From Alphaproteobacteria bacterium (GTDB lineage Bacteria; Pseudomonadota; Alphaproteobacteria; MPNO01; UBA830): DNA of 64,000 nucleotides. The notes under the pieces were generated by a model. The model made no database searches, was not told the DNA's origin, and saw only the letters and a program-made list of their open reading frames with translations. Within the stretch, counting starts at the first letter, position 1. The number at the start of each line of letters is the position of its first letter. The position numbers and the translations under genes were made by a program. The stretch covers positions 384,001-448,000 of the forward strand of contig OZ219790.1 of the NCBI GenBank assembly GCA_964291215.2. The letters run 5' to 3'. Below, piece after piece: positions 42,268 through 54,962 of this stretch.

Positions 42268-42651
42268 GGGGAGCGCCTCCGTCGTGTCGGGACTTCAGGA
42301 CGGCGGCGGAGACCCTCTCCCGGACCCCCCGCCCGCCGCCCCGCTCACGGCCACACCCGGCCTCCCGGCGGTGCGCCGCGTGCGGACGCCAGCGGCTTCA
42401 ACCGTACCGCACAACCCGGCCACCCGCCGCCCCGGCGACCGGGCCCCCGCCTCCCCCAACCGCGCCGAATTCTGGAATCGGGTCGACGATGAATGCACCG
42501 CCGGAGCCTCCCGCCGCGCTCCGATCGACAGCGGCGCTTCCCGCGCCGTCGCACAGGATCGCGTATCGGCGGGTTGCGGGAACGGACATCGGACAGACTT
42601 GCTTGACGGCAAGGGGGTTCCGAAATGATCTCCTACCCCTTACCCGGCTAG

Positions 42652-43551
42652 CTAAATCCCTGGGATGTAACCGAACGCTGACTTAACTATTGAACTGAAA
42701 ATGCCGACGACAATCGCCGCGAGTGCAACACGGTGCCGTGTGGCGCGATCTTTATTCTCCTCCAATATGTTTACCGGAAAAGCCCACTTCAAGTATCCAA
42801 ATAACGCCCGATAAATCACGAGAGATATTCCCATTCCATATATATAAAAGGCCACACGGAAGGACGAGTGATCGCCATCATTTGGAAGAAAGTAGTCAGC
42901 GTATACAGTAACCCAATACAGTGCGTACGGTAGTGCAAGAAACCAAAGTCCAACATCGTAGGCAAAACTCTCATGAATGAAGGAATACCACTTCTTTTTA
43001 GACTTGAATTTACTATTTGCGATGTCCCTAATTGCATGAAAGTAAGCAGAATTACATGCTTGAATTGATACGTTGCTGTTGTTGGGTGTTGGTTCAGACG
43101 TCAACGAATTGAAATCAAATAGCGGCGGTTTGTCGAACTGAAGCAAAACCGAGAAACGATTCGGAGGAATATTTCCATTCGTGTACTTTTTGTACGAGTT
43201 CTCATTCGTGAAATACACCGCTTTGATGGGAAACGGCAAATTCTGAGAATCGAAAATCTGCTCTGTCTCCCCGTACTTAGTTTGGCCTTCAAAACCAACT
43301 ACTGACACTGTCAACCGGAATGCACCATCCAACAGAACGTTTTTTCGTTCTGCGAATTCATCTTCGGTCTCGCCATCGAACTTGGGAACGGTAGCAACAT
43401 CCTGCTGTCCCTCCTTCCTCGTGAGAGTGTTTAATTCACGATATGCGGCTTTGATTTGTGGCAAGGATAACTGGCATCCGCGTATTGGTATATTGTCCTC
43501 CCACCACTGGATATCGTTTGCGGCATGGCTGATTAACGAAGTGCCGGACAT
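42652..43551 (-). CDS. AT-rich hypothetical membrane protein (soluble N-domain plus ~3 C-terminal TM helices)
   Basis: 299-aa intact ORF, visibly lower GC than its flanks, with three hydrophobic segments. Confidence 0.75.
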   Translation of the reverse strand: MSGTSLISHAANDIQWWEDNIPIRGCQLSLPQIKAAYRELNTLTRKEGQQDVATVPKFDGETEDEFAERKNVLLDGAFRLTVSVVGFEGQTKYGETEQIFDSQNLPFPIKAVYFTNENSYKKYTNGNIPPNRFSVLLQFDKPPLFDFNSLTSEPTPNNSNVSIQACNSAYFHAIRDIANSKFKSKKKWYSFIHESFAYDVGLWFLALPYALYWVTVYADYFLPNDGDHSSFRVAFYIYGMGISLVIYRALFGYLKWAFPVNILEENKDRATRHRVALAAIVVGIFSSIVKSAFGYIPGI

Positions 43552-43624
43552 TGTACTCAGTCTCCCATACTGCCTTCAGTCATCGGGACGGCTTCTGTAA
43601 TTCGCACGCGACGCAAGTAGTCCT

Positions 43625-44032
43625 TCAACATGGAGATTCGATAGGACCGGAGTTTATCCGAGTGGTCAGCGGGCAAATGTCCCAATCAAGGACGCGACCA
43701 AGCGAGAAGGCGCGGAATCGGCCTTTTCCTTCCTTGCCGTGCAGAATTCGCTTCTGTCCGTTCGAATGAAATCGCGATTGTTTCCACGATCCTCCCAGAC
43801 GGGAGAACAACCCCTCGGCTTCGGCAAAGGGAATGCCATGTCCGTTGTCGGCGACTCTGATGGCCTTGAGCCCGTCGAGGTCCTCTTCAACCAGCGTCAC
43901 GTCGATATGCGTGGCATCCGCATCGACTGCGTTCCAGATCAGCTCGGCCAGGGCAAGGAGGGGTTTTCGGGTCTGCGCGACCCGTTCCAGATGGTCGTCC
44001 TGAACCTGTATCTCAAAGGTCCTGGCGGTCAT
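43625..44032 (-). pseudogene. GHKL/HATPase ATPase N-terminal fragment
   Basis: [14 protein letters not shown] and GKEGKGRF motifs. ATGA-coupled to hsdR; truncated after ~120 aa. Confidence 0.8.
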
Positions 44033-47000
44033 GCTGCCCACTTCGCCGATAACGCTTCGGCCTGTTGCAGAACCGTCTGCACGGCGGCGTCCTGGAGGTC
44101 GGGCGGATACCCGTGCTTGCGGAGGATGCGCTTGACCAGAACCCGCATCCGGGCGCGGGCCGGCCCGCGGTGCTGCCAGTCCACGGAGGCTTTGCTTTTC
44201 AGCCCGTTCAGCAATTCCCGGGCGATGACGCGAAGGTGATCGTTGCCCATCACCTCGACCGCGCTCTCGTTCTGGGCCAGGGCATCGTAGAAGGCGATTT
44301 CCTCGGGGCTGAGACCCTCCTCCTCGCCGCGCCGGTGTGCGGCGCGGATGTCCTTCGCAAGCCCGATCAGTTCCTGAAGGACCTCGGCCGTCGTGAGGGC
44401 GTTGCCGTGGTAGCGGGCGATCGCTTCTTCCAGCCTCCGGGAGAAGGCCCGGGTCTGCACGACGTTGACCCGGCTTCGCGAGCGAAGCTCCCCGTTGATG
44501 AGCTTGCGCAGCGCCTCCAATGCGAGGTTCTTCTTCTCCATCTCCCGTATCTCGGCCAGGAACTCGTCGGAAAGGATGGAAATGTCCGGCGTATCCAGCC
44601 CGGCGGCTGCGAGAATGTCGACGATCTCGGTCGAAACGACCGCGCGGCTGACGATCTGCTGAACCGCCAGGTCCCGCTCCGCGGAGGACTTGCCGGCGCC
44701 GGGCGCGCTTTTGGCGAGCGCTGCACGGACGGTCTGGAAGAAGCCCACCTCGTCGCGGATTTCCCGGGCTTCGTCGCTGGCGGCCGCGAGCGCGAACGCC
44801 CTGGTGAGCGCCAGCACGGCGTCGTTGAAGCGGCGCCGGGCGTGCTTCTTGCCTTCTCCGGTCGATTCCCGGGCCGCCTCGCGGTGCTGCATGTCGAGGA
44901 CCCACTCGATGGCGCCGGCCAGCGCCGCGAGCCGCTCCTGCGGCGACCCGACAAGGCCGTTGCGGAAGTCGAAACCATGGAACATGGCGCTCACGATCTC
45001 GTACTTCTCCAGCATGACCGCGACGGCTTCGGCCTCGTCGATGCCGGCGTGCCTTCGGTCGTCGCGCGAGTACTGGCCGAGGGCGGACTTCAGGTTCTGC
45101 GCGATGCCGATGTAGTCCACGATCAGACCGGCGGGCTTGTCGCGGAACACGCGGTTGACGCGGGCGATGGCCTGCATGAGCCCGTGCCCCCGCATGGGCT
45201 TGTCGATGTACATCGTGTGCAGGCGCGTCGAAGCCGGTCAGCCACATGTCCCGCACGATCACCAGCCTGAGCGGGTCGTCCGCGTCCTTGATCCGCTTGG
45301 CGAGCAGCTCCCGGCGGGCCTTGCCTCCGATGTGGCGTTGCCAATGCGTCGGGTCCGACGCCGCGCCGGTCATGACGATCTTGATGACGCCGCTTTCGTC
45401 GTCGTCGCTGTGCCAGTCCCGGCGCAGCCTGACGATCTCGCCGTAGAGCGCAACGCAGATGCGGCGGCTCATGCAGACGATCATGGCCTTGCCGTCCATG
45501 CCGGCAATACGACTCTCGAAATGGTCGACCAGATCCCGGGCAACCAGGCGCAGGCGCTTCTCCGTCCCGACGACGGCCTCGACGTTCGCCAATCGTCTCT
45601 TGAGCCGTTCCTGCTCGCCTTCGGCCTCGTCCTCGATCAGTTCGGCGACCTCGTCGTCGAGCGCCGGCTTCTCACCTTCGTCGAGTTCGATGCGGACGAG
45701 GCGGCTCTCGTAGTAGATCGGTACGGTCGCGCCGTCTTCGACGCCGCGGTTGATGTCGTAGATGTCGATGTAATTGCCGAACACGGAAGGCGTGTTCACA
45801 TCCTCCCTTTCGATCGGCGTGCCGGTGAAGCCGATGAAGGAAGCGTTCGGCAGGGCGTCGCGCAGATATTTGGCGAAGCCGTAGGAAATCTCTCCGGTCT
45901 TGCGGGCCATCCTGGCGCGGAAACCGTACTGGCTGCGGTGCGCCTCGTCCGCGATCACGACGATGTTGCGGCGGTCGGAGAGGGCCGGGTATTCGATCTC
46001 GCCGGCCTCGGGTGCGAACTTCTGGAGGGTGGTGAACACCACGCCGCCGGACGGACGCGTCAGAGCCTGTCGCAGGTCCTCCCGGCTGTCGGCCTGCCGC
46101 GGGGTCTGGCGGAGCAGGTCGCGGCACATGGAGAACGTGCCGAACAACTGGTCGTCGAGGTCGTTGCGGTCGGTGAGGACCACGAGGGTCGGGTTCTCCA
46201 TCGCCGGGTGGGCGATGACCTGTCCGGCGTAGAACGCCATCAGCAGGCTCTTGCCGGAGCCTTGCGTGTGCCAGATCACGCCGATACGGCGATCGCCTGC
46301 CGGGCTCGTCGCGGTGATCGTGCGCTCGATCGCATGGCGTACGGCGTGAAACTGGTGATAGCCGGCCACGATCTTGACCAGTCCCGCGCCCGTGTCCCCG
46401 AACACGGTGAAGTCCCGGATCAGGGCCAGGAACCGGTTCTTCTCGAACACGCCTTCGACGACGGTTTCGATCTCGGGGGCGCCCTTCGATGCGACGGCGG
46501 CGCCGTCCACGGTGCGCCAGGGCATGAACCGCTCAAGATTGGCGGTCAGCGATCCGAACCGCGCCTGAAGGCCGTCCGAAGTCATGAGAGCGGCATTGGT
46601 GCGGAACAGGGAAGGTATCTCCTCCTTGTAGGTCCGGAGCTGGTTGAACGCCCCTTCGAGGGTGGCGTTTTCGTCGCCGGGGTTCTTCATCTCGATCACG
46701 GCCAGCGGCAGGCCATTGAGGAACAGCACGATGTCGGGGCGGCGATTGTGTTCGTGCTCGATCACCGTGAACTGGTTCACCGCCAGCCAGTCGTTGGCCT
46801 CGATGTCGTCGAAATCGATCAGACGGGCAGCGTCGCCGCCGATGCTGCCGTCCTCCCGCGCCACCTCGACCGGCACGCCCGCGATCAGGTAGCGGTGCAG
46901 GCGGCGGTTCTCCTCGACGAGGGAGGGAGTCTCCGTCTGCCGCACCTTGCGGAGCACCTCCTCCAGCGCCGCGGCGGGCAGGTCCGGGTTGAGGCGGGCG

Positions 47001-47164
47001 AGCGCCTCGCGGAACCGGCCGGCCAGCAGCACCTCGTCGTAGCTGCCCCGCTCCGGCGCCGGGCCTTCCGGGCCCATGTCCGGCCCATGAACCACGGCAT
47101 AGCCCAGTCCGGCGAGCCATGCGAGAGCCGCGTCTTCGACATCCGATTCGGAAAGACGGCTCAT
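44029..47164 (-). pseudogene. hsdR: Type I restriction subunit R, one frameshift at ~45222
   Basis: RPD..EMK nuclease, [16 protein letters not shown] and FTGTP motifs. MWLTGFDA and [10 protein letters not shown] are out of frame. Confidence 0.92.
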
Positions 47165-48150
47165 TCGCCGGATTCGCCCAGAAGATTGACGATAAGGCGA
47201 ATTATGAGATCCTTGTTCGACGGTGCGCTTTCGGCGATCAACAGGGTGAGCGCCGTCAACCCCCGGGGGTCGAGCCGGTGCGCGATTCCCTCCTGTGTCA
47301 GATAGAGCAGGAACAGCAGGGCGCCGATGCGCTTGTTGCCGTCGGTGAACGGGTGATCCTTGACCAGAAAATAGAGCAGGTTGGCCGCCTTGTCCGCGGC
47401 GCTGCGGTAAAGGGGTTCGCCGAACATGGTCTGCTCCACATTGCCGAGAATGGCTTTCAGGGCTTCGCCGCGCCGGGTGCCGAACAGCGATGTGGCTTCG
47501 CCCTTTGCCGCAAGATCGCTCCTGAAAGCGTCGATCGCGGCGACGGCGGTGTCGAGGCCGAGCGCGCTGGTGGCCGGCTTCGCGCCGGCCGGCGCCTTGA
47601 GGCGGTCCTCGTCGTATTCGAGCAGCACGCGCCACGTGTCGGCGTATCTTGTGATCAGGTCCAGTACGGACTGGCCCGTTTCGTCGACGAGCGCTTGGTT
47701 CCTGAGCGTCCGGGCGAGCAAACCCAGGGTTTGGCGCGCCTCGTCGAGGCCCCGCTCGGCAAGCCGCCGCTCATTCATCGTGTAACCGCTGACGAGATGC
47801 TCGCGCAAGGTGCGGGTGGCCCAGATACGGAACTGTGTGCCGCGCAGGGACTTCACCCTGTAGCCGACCGAGATGATCATGTCGAGGTTGTAGTGATCCA
47901 CCTCCCTGGATACCCTTCGCCCGCCCTCGGATCGAACCTGTGCAAAATTTGCACAGGTTGACCCTGGGTCCAGCTCTTGTTCACGGTAGGCGTTGTGGAT
48001 GTGCCGGGCGATTACGGAACGATCCCGCCCGAACAGTTCCGCCATCTGCGGCCGGGTCAGCCAGACTGTCTCCCTGTCGAAACGCACGTCCACGCGCGCC
48101 TCGCCGTCCCCGGACTCGTAGACGATGACTTCGCCGCCGGGGGAGTTCAT
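47161..48150 (-). CDS. RhuM / Fic-DOC fusion protein
   Basis: [21 protein letters not shown] (RhuM) and HPFTDGNKR (Fic). Confidence 0.9.
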   Translation of the reverse strand: MNSPGGEVIVYESGDGEARVDVRFDRETVWLTRPQMAELFGRDRSVIARHIHNAYREQELDPGSTCANFAQVRSEGGRRVSREVDHYNLDMIISVGYRVKSLRGTQFRIWATRTLREHLVSGYTMNERRLAERGLDEARQTLGLLARTLRNQALVDETGQSVLDLITRYADTWRVLLEYDEDRLKAPAGAKPATSALGLDTAVAAIDAFRSDLAAKGEATSLFGTRRGEALKAILGNVEQTMFGEPLYRSAADKAANLLYFLVKDHPFTDGNKRIGALLFLLYLTQEGIAHRLDPRGLTALTLLIAESAPSNKDLIIRLIVNLLGESGE

Positions 48151-49759
48151 GCAACGTCCTCGACTGCCTCTTCGGCATCACGAAGGCGGATTTCGCCGGA
48201 CATGAGCTTGGGGAGCAGGAGGTCGCGGGTTTCTGCAAGCTTTCGGCTCTCCAGTTTATTCTTGATGGTGTGTTCTATCAGCGGGCCAATCGACGGGCCA
48301 AGCAAGGAAAGGACGCCATCAGAGGGGCAAGTCGTTGTTGCCTCCTTCAGGTGCCGTCGTTGAATGTGACCCATGGTTGTTGTCTTCGAGGCTGCTATAG
48401 CCTGAAACTCTTCCAAGTGATGGAGAACCCACTGGCTGACGAACCATGATGGAAATCTCTCCGAAGTCACTTTGAAGAGGTGTTGGTTCAGCGCTCCTTC
48501 GCCTTCGGTCCAGAACTTTGCAAGAAGGCTGCCCGACCAAGAGAACAAGAAGTCACCATCCCTCACGACATACTTGTCTGGGACATCGTATGAGGCCCGG
48601 CTAGATCTGGGCGTTATGCCCGCGCGCAACTCGGCGATTTTGATGACCGGTAAACTGTCGTCAGGGCCCAAGGCAGGAAATTTCTGAAGAGCCAGACCGT
48701 TCAGGAAGTTTGCGATCTTGTCGAGAGGCAGTCTCACCCACCCGGCCGGCTTGCCCTCGCCGTCCAGCGCATCGGGAAACAGTTCCCACAGTTCGGGGGC
48801 GAGGTACGGAGCACGCCCTTCCATTTTCGCCCGGACCGGCCCGAAATCGACGAACCAGTCCTTGAAGATCGCCCGCGCCATCGCCTCCAGCGTCTCGTTC
48901 ATGCGCCGGTTCAGTTCGATCTTGTCGTCCAGCGCGCCGAGAATGCCCGCAATGGCGCGCTGTTCGAGTAGGGGGGTACTGGAACCGGCAGATAACTCAG
49001 GGAATCGACAGGCACTCGCTGACGCCCGGAAGTGCCGGTCATTTGATCCACGGCGTAGCTTCTCACCCCCTCCCATTGAGTTAGGTAGTAGGCGTACTCG
49101 GAATCCGTGACGCCCGCGCGTCCGCGGATAACGATGAACTCGGTCGAGCCATGCGCGCACTCTGCCGCCCGGTCTGTGCAATAACGGGCAATCTTGCCAT
49201 TCTCCAAGCACGGCGTAATGCGCGCCATGAGCGTGTCGCCATCTTGGAAGCGCGACCCGCCGCCGGAATAGGCGCGCCGGTCAATCGCATGTACGCACCG
49301 GGAACCGGCAGTGACCGCAGCCATATCAACGAACGGATACGCCATTCCGCGTTCAAGACGCACTGCCGGGTTGACAACGACTGCTTCGGTAAACGGCATA
49401 CGCCGCCACTTTTCATCTACAGAGAGCCTCCTTCGCCTGGTGTCATCAATGTCTGCCAGCACCGCATGGTTCCGCTCAATCTCCCGATGAAATCGCTCCG
49501 GCAGGCGCGCCCAGTCGCGGGCCTCGACCAAGAAGGGAATGGTCGATTCCCGCACCGCCTCCTCGAAGTCCGCCAACTTGTCGGCCGGGATCTCCCCCTG
49601 TCCCGGCCCGCGCAGCACCAGATCGAGATCACTGCCGTCATGGCTGCGCCCGTTGACGCGGCTGCCATAGGCCCATACCTCGACATCGGGCAAATGCTCC
49701 CGCAGCAGGGCTGTCAGCACCTGGCGGTGCTTCGGCTCAAGATGCAACCGGTCAGTCAT
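48147..49759 (-). pseudogene. hsdS: MNT nucleotidyltransferase-HsdS fusion, frameshifted at a C6 tract
   Basis: N-terminal YGSRVNG..SDLDL, then TRD1 (ARITPCLENGK). VPP and LLEQRAIA..LDDKIELN are out of frame at 48971-48976. C-terminus LAETRDLLLPKLMSGEI. Confidence 0.88.
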
Positions 49760-50177
49760 CCGGCGCCGCCTCGATCATGTCCGCCAGCGCCCGGGCATCG
49801 GCGATAAAGTCGGGCAACAACTTGAGCGGGGTCTCGGCGAAGCCTGCGCCGTAGTCGTGCGCGGTATCGTTGCGGTTGTCGCGATAGCTGAACCAGCGTT
49901 CCGCCGCGACGGCTTCGATCAGTCCGTGCCGGGCGGCGTGGCGGAACAGGTCCTTGAAGGCAAGCCGGTCCGCCTGTCTGTTGCTGGCGAAGAAGGCGGC
50001 AAGCCGCTTGCGCAACAGTTTGCCGCTCTGCTCCAACACCAGCTCGAACTCCTTCACGCAGGCGGCGCGATAGATGTCATACATGAAATCGTCCGTCGCG
50101 CGCTGGTTGTCGATCTCGCCGAAAGCTGTCTCCAGCGTTCCGATGCAGCGCCGCAAGAAGGTGGTATCGATGCTCAT
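49752..50177 (-). CDS. HEPN-family protein (nucleotidyltransferase substrate-binding/HI0074-like)
   Basis: Start MSIDTTFL. KEFELVLE and RNDTAH (Rx4H) motifs; overlaps the MNT start. Confidence 0.85.
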   Translation of the reverse strand: MSIDTTFLRRCIGTLETAFGEIDNQRATDDFMYDIYRAACVKEFELVLEQSGKLLRKRLAAFFASNRQADRLAFKDLFRHAARHGLIEAVAAERWFSYRDNRNDTAHDYGAGFAETPLKLLPDFIADARALADMIEAAPDD

Positions 50178-50229
50178 GCCCCGCTGCTCCGTCCCCGGTG
50201 CGCAGACCCGTTGCGGCTCATCCATGAGC

Positions 50230-50610
50230 GGCAGACCGATTGGTCGATCAATTTCGGCAAGATTATGAGCCTCAGCAACCGTTGCTATGACACAGGCGTG
50301 CGCCATGTTGCCCACCGGAATTTCCTCCAATTCTGGTCCGCGCAGCACCAGATCGAGATCGCTGCCGTCATGGCTGCGCCCATTGACGCGGCTGCCATAG
50401 GCCCACACTTCGACATCGGGCAAATGCTCCCGCAACAGTACCTCAAGCGCCTCGCGGTGCTTCGGCTGGAGATGCATCCGGTCAGTCATCCGGCGCCGCC
50501 TCGATCATGTCCGCCAGCCCCGGTGTCGGCGATAAAGTCGGGCAGCAGCCTCAGCGTGGCCCCGGCGAAGTCTTTCCCGTTGTCATGGACGATATCGTTA
50601 TCGACAATCC
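50230..50610 (-). pseudogene. Remnant of a second HEPN-MNT(-HsdS) module
   Basis: 50341-50570 is a diverged duplicate of 49611-49842 (HEPN 3' end plus MNT 5' half). Confidence 0.8.
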
Positions 50611-50724
50611 CTCGCAGGTCATGGCAGGGGCAAGGCTGTCGGGGAACAGCCTTCACTGGAAGGCGCCGCGCGCCTTGGCTTACCGACATATTTCCCGGCG
50701 CATGCAAATGGGAAGAGATCATCG

Positions 50725-52263
<1,539 letters not shown>

Positions 52264-52472
52264 ATAGTCTGAATCCTTGGCCGCCAACGCGGATACAGTT
52301 TGCCGACTCGGCTCTACGAATACCACTGCATACTTGGCCGACACGGTTCGGGTGGGGAAGGATCCCGTAGATCGCGGTGCCACCATTCCAGCGTCGCCGA
52401 CGCTGCCCAACAGATCAATATGATAGCGCGTCACGGGGTACAGGATGCGCCGCCCGAGCGACAGGCACTGAG

Positions 52473-54287
52473 CTCGACTTTGTACAAAATTACCTCACGT
52501 CCATGTCCAGAAGATCTCGTTTTTGGCGATTTCGTCGAGGGCCTGTTCGAGCGGGAGCACGATACCCCCCATGTCTCCGACGTCCTGCCAGGACTGGCGC
52601 CAGGACCAGTAGCGCATCCTCATCTTGTTACCTGAGCCTTTCGGCTGGAGCCTTGCGATCGGTGCCTGCGTGGCTGTGAGATACAGATTGTAGCCGCCGC
52701 GCACCCTGGTGACCGTCACGCCCCCGCCATTCGATTTGTTGAACGCTTCGATGCGCGCCAGACAGGGGTCGGATACGGCCATGAAGCAGTGATATCGGAT
52801 TGGATGGCTTCTGTCGCTGCAGCGATGCTGATTCACCCGGTCGCATGCGGGCGCCCTTGCATGCCGGATGCTTCTGGATTCGAAGGTCGTCATGACACAT
52901 TTCGACGACCCTTCGAGCGCCATCGGCGATCCGGTTCCGCCGTTCCTGATCGACTGGCTGGAGCCCTTTCGAGGCGCCTTCTCATCCCCGACCTGGCGGC
53001 TGGTGGCGGTTCTGGTCATGGGAGCGTTGCTGGCGCCGGGCAAGAGAACCGTGTCGGCCTGCCTGCGGGTGACCGGGCGGGCGATGTGCGAGACATTCTC
53101 GTCCTACCATCAGGTTCTCAATCGCGCCCGCTGGGACCCGCGTGACCTTTCACGCCGGCTCGTGCTCGTGCTGGTGGCGCGGCTTGCCGGGCAGGGACCG
53201 ATCATCATCGGGCTCGATGACACCATCGAGCGCCGCTGGGGCGCGCGTATCAAGGCGCGCGGCATCTATCGCGACCCGGTGCGTTCCAGCCATGGCCATT
53301 TCGTCAAGACCAGCGGGCTGCGCTGGCTCAGCTTCATGCTGCTTGTCCCGCTGCCCTGGTCGCCGGGCATCAGGGCCCTGCCCTTCCTGACCATCCTGGC
53401 CCCGTCCGAACGCTTCGCCGCCAGGCAAGGCCGGCGTCACAAGCAACTCACCGACTGGGCGCGACAGGGCATGCTTCAAATCCTTCGCTGGGTCCCGCAA
53501 CGCGCGATCGTCTTCGTCGCCGACAGCAGTTTCGGAACCCACGAACTCGCCTGGCGCATCGGACAGCGCGCAACCCTCATCAGCAGGCTGAGGCTCGATG
53601 CCAACCTCTTCGCGCCCCGCCGCCGCGCGACCCGAACAAACGCGGTCGACCCCGGCAAAAGGGGCCGCCCCTGCCCAAGCTCCAGACCCGCCTTGACGAC
53701 CCCGATGCCCGCTGGACAAGCATCACGCTTCCGCGCTGGTACGGAAGTCCGAAGGAAAAGACACTCCAGATCATCTCCGATACCGCGCTCTGGTATCGTC
53801 CCGGCACACCTCCCAAGGCCATCCGATGGGTGCTGGTGCGAGACCCGGAAGGCGAGCGGGACCCGCAGGCGTTCTTCTGCACCGACACCAACATGGAGCC
53901 GGCCAAGATCATCGCCACCTTCGTGCGGCGCTGGCAGGTCGAGGTCACCTTCCAGGAACTGCGCGCCCATCTCGGGCTCGAAACACAACGCCAGTGGTCA
54001 CACGCGGCGATCGCACGAACCACCCCCGTCCTCTGCGGGCTCTACAGCCTCGTCTGCCTCTGGGCCACAGACGTGCTCTCGACAAACCACCTGTCCTACG
54101 CCGCCGCCTGGTACCAGAAAACCAGCGTCACATTCTCCGATGCAATCGCGGCCATACGATGCCAACTCTGGCTTGGAAACAATTTATCGCGCTCCCCGCC
54201 AAACCGGGAACCAAACATAATTCCGCCCGACAAGATAATGCGTATGCAGTACGCCCTCTGCTTCGCAGCATAATGCACAAAGTCGAG
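52473..54287 (+). mobile_element. IS701-like element with frameshifted transposase (52892-54273) and a passenger gene
   Basis: IRs CTCGACTTTGT/ACAAAGTCGAG; 5-bp TSD CTGAG. Motifs GLDDTIE, VADSSF and RWQVEVTFQE. Confidence 0.85.
52495..52782 (-). CDS. Small hypothetical passenger protein inside the IS
   Basis: 95 aa, MAVSDPCL..IFWTWT; lies inside the IRs, divergent from the transposase. Confidence 0.65.
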   Translation of the reverse strand: MAVSDPCLARIEAFNKSNGGGVTVTRVRGGYNLYLTATQAPIARLQPKGSGNKMRMRYWSWRQSWQDVGDMGGIVLPLEQALDEIAKNEIFWTWT

Positions 54288-54339
54288 CTGAGAGCACGGT
54301 CAAAACCAGTCCAGGGCCGGGCGTCGGGTCGACGCGTCC

Positions 54340-54505
54340 GGGGCGCAGCCGGTTGACATCATCCGCCTGTTGCTGCTCACCGGCTGCCGCAAGGGTGAGA
54401 TCGTCTGCCTTCACCGGGAAGAAGTGAAGGGCGACCGGCTCGAACTCGCCGATAGCAAGACCGGGCTGAAAACCGCCCTGCTGAATGCCGAGGGGCAGAC
54501 GTAAA
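54340..54505 (+). pseudogene. Tyrosine integrase fragment
   Basis: IIRLLLLTGCRKGEI..LADSKTG. Confidence 0.75.
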
Positions 54506-54533
54506 AGTCGCCGACTGAGCGGAAGACAGCGCT

Positions 54534-54962
54534 CTACTTACGCCAACTCCCTGACCATAGACCACGCCATATTCGTACGATCCGTGATCGAAGAGCCCGA
54601 CGGCTCCGTGTTGAGTCCAGCAAACGGGCCCGCTCGCCGTCGACATACTCCGAATGACGACTTGGATCGATCCCCTCCAACCAAATCACCGCGTTATCCC
54701 GTATCACGTAGTGGCTGCCGCAGCCGGAATTGGCCCACACGGATCCACCCGTAGGACCGTCCAGCGAGACCGACTTCCCATCGAAGTGAACGTGCCATCG
54801 ACTGGGGTGGAGGGACAGCACCGTCAGATCGCCGCATCCGCAAGGGCAGCGCAGGTTGACAGTCCGATGTTTGTGGCTGATCCAAAGCTCGCCGGTTTTG
54901 ATTTGGTCGAACTTGGGCAGCACCTCTACGAAGACAGGGCAGAGTTTCACGGGCATTCTCAC
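54534..54962 (-). CDS. DUF6527-like Cys/His-rich protein
   Basis: LRCPCGCG..SLHP..SVW..GCGSHYVIR..VIW; GTGA overlap with the ThiF stop. Confidence 0.75.
   Translation of the reverse strand: MRMPVKLCPVFVEVLPKFDQIKTGELWISHKHRTVNLRCPCGCGDLTVLSLHPSRWHVHFDGKSVSLDGPTGGSVWANSGCGSHYVIRDNAVIWLEGIDPSRHSEYVDGERARLLDSTRSRRALRSRIVRIWRGLWSGSWRK

Noticed and set aside
43625-47635. 1336-aa HsdR-HATPase fusion suggested by the ORF track
   Set aside because: Artefact of the hsdR frameshift at ~45222. The true HsdR C-terminus is in another frame (44029-45213) and the HATPase has its own ATG at 44032.
49752-50489. MNT-HEPN fusion protein (245 aa)
   Set aside because: The MNT part is a truncated duplicate that happens to be in frame. 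HEPN has its own start at 50177.
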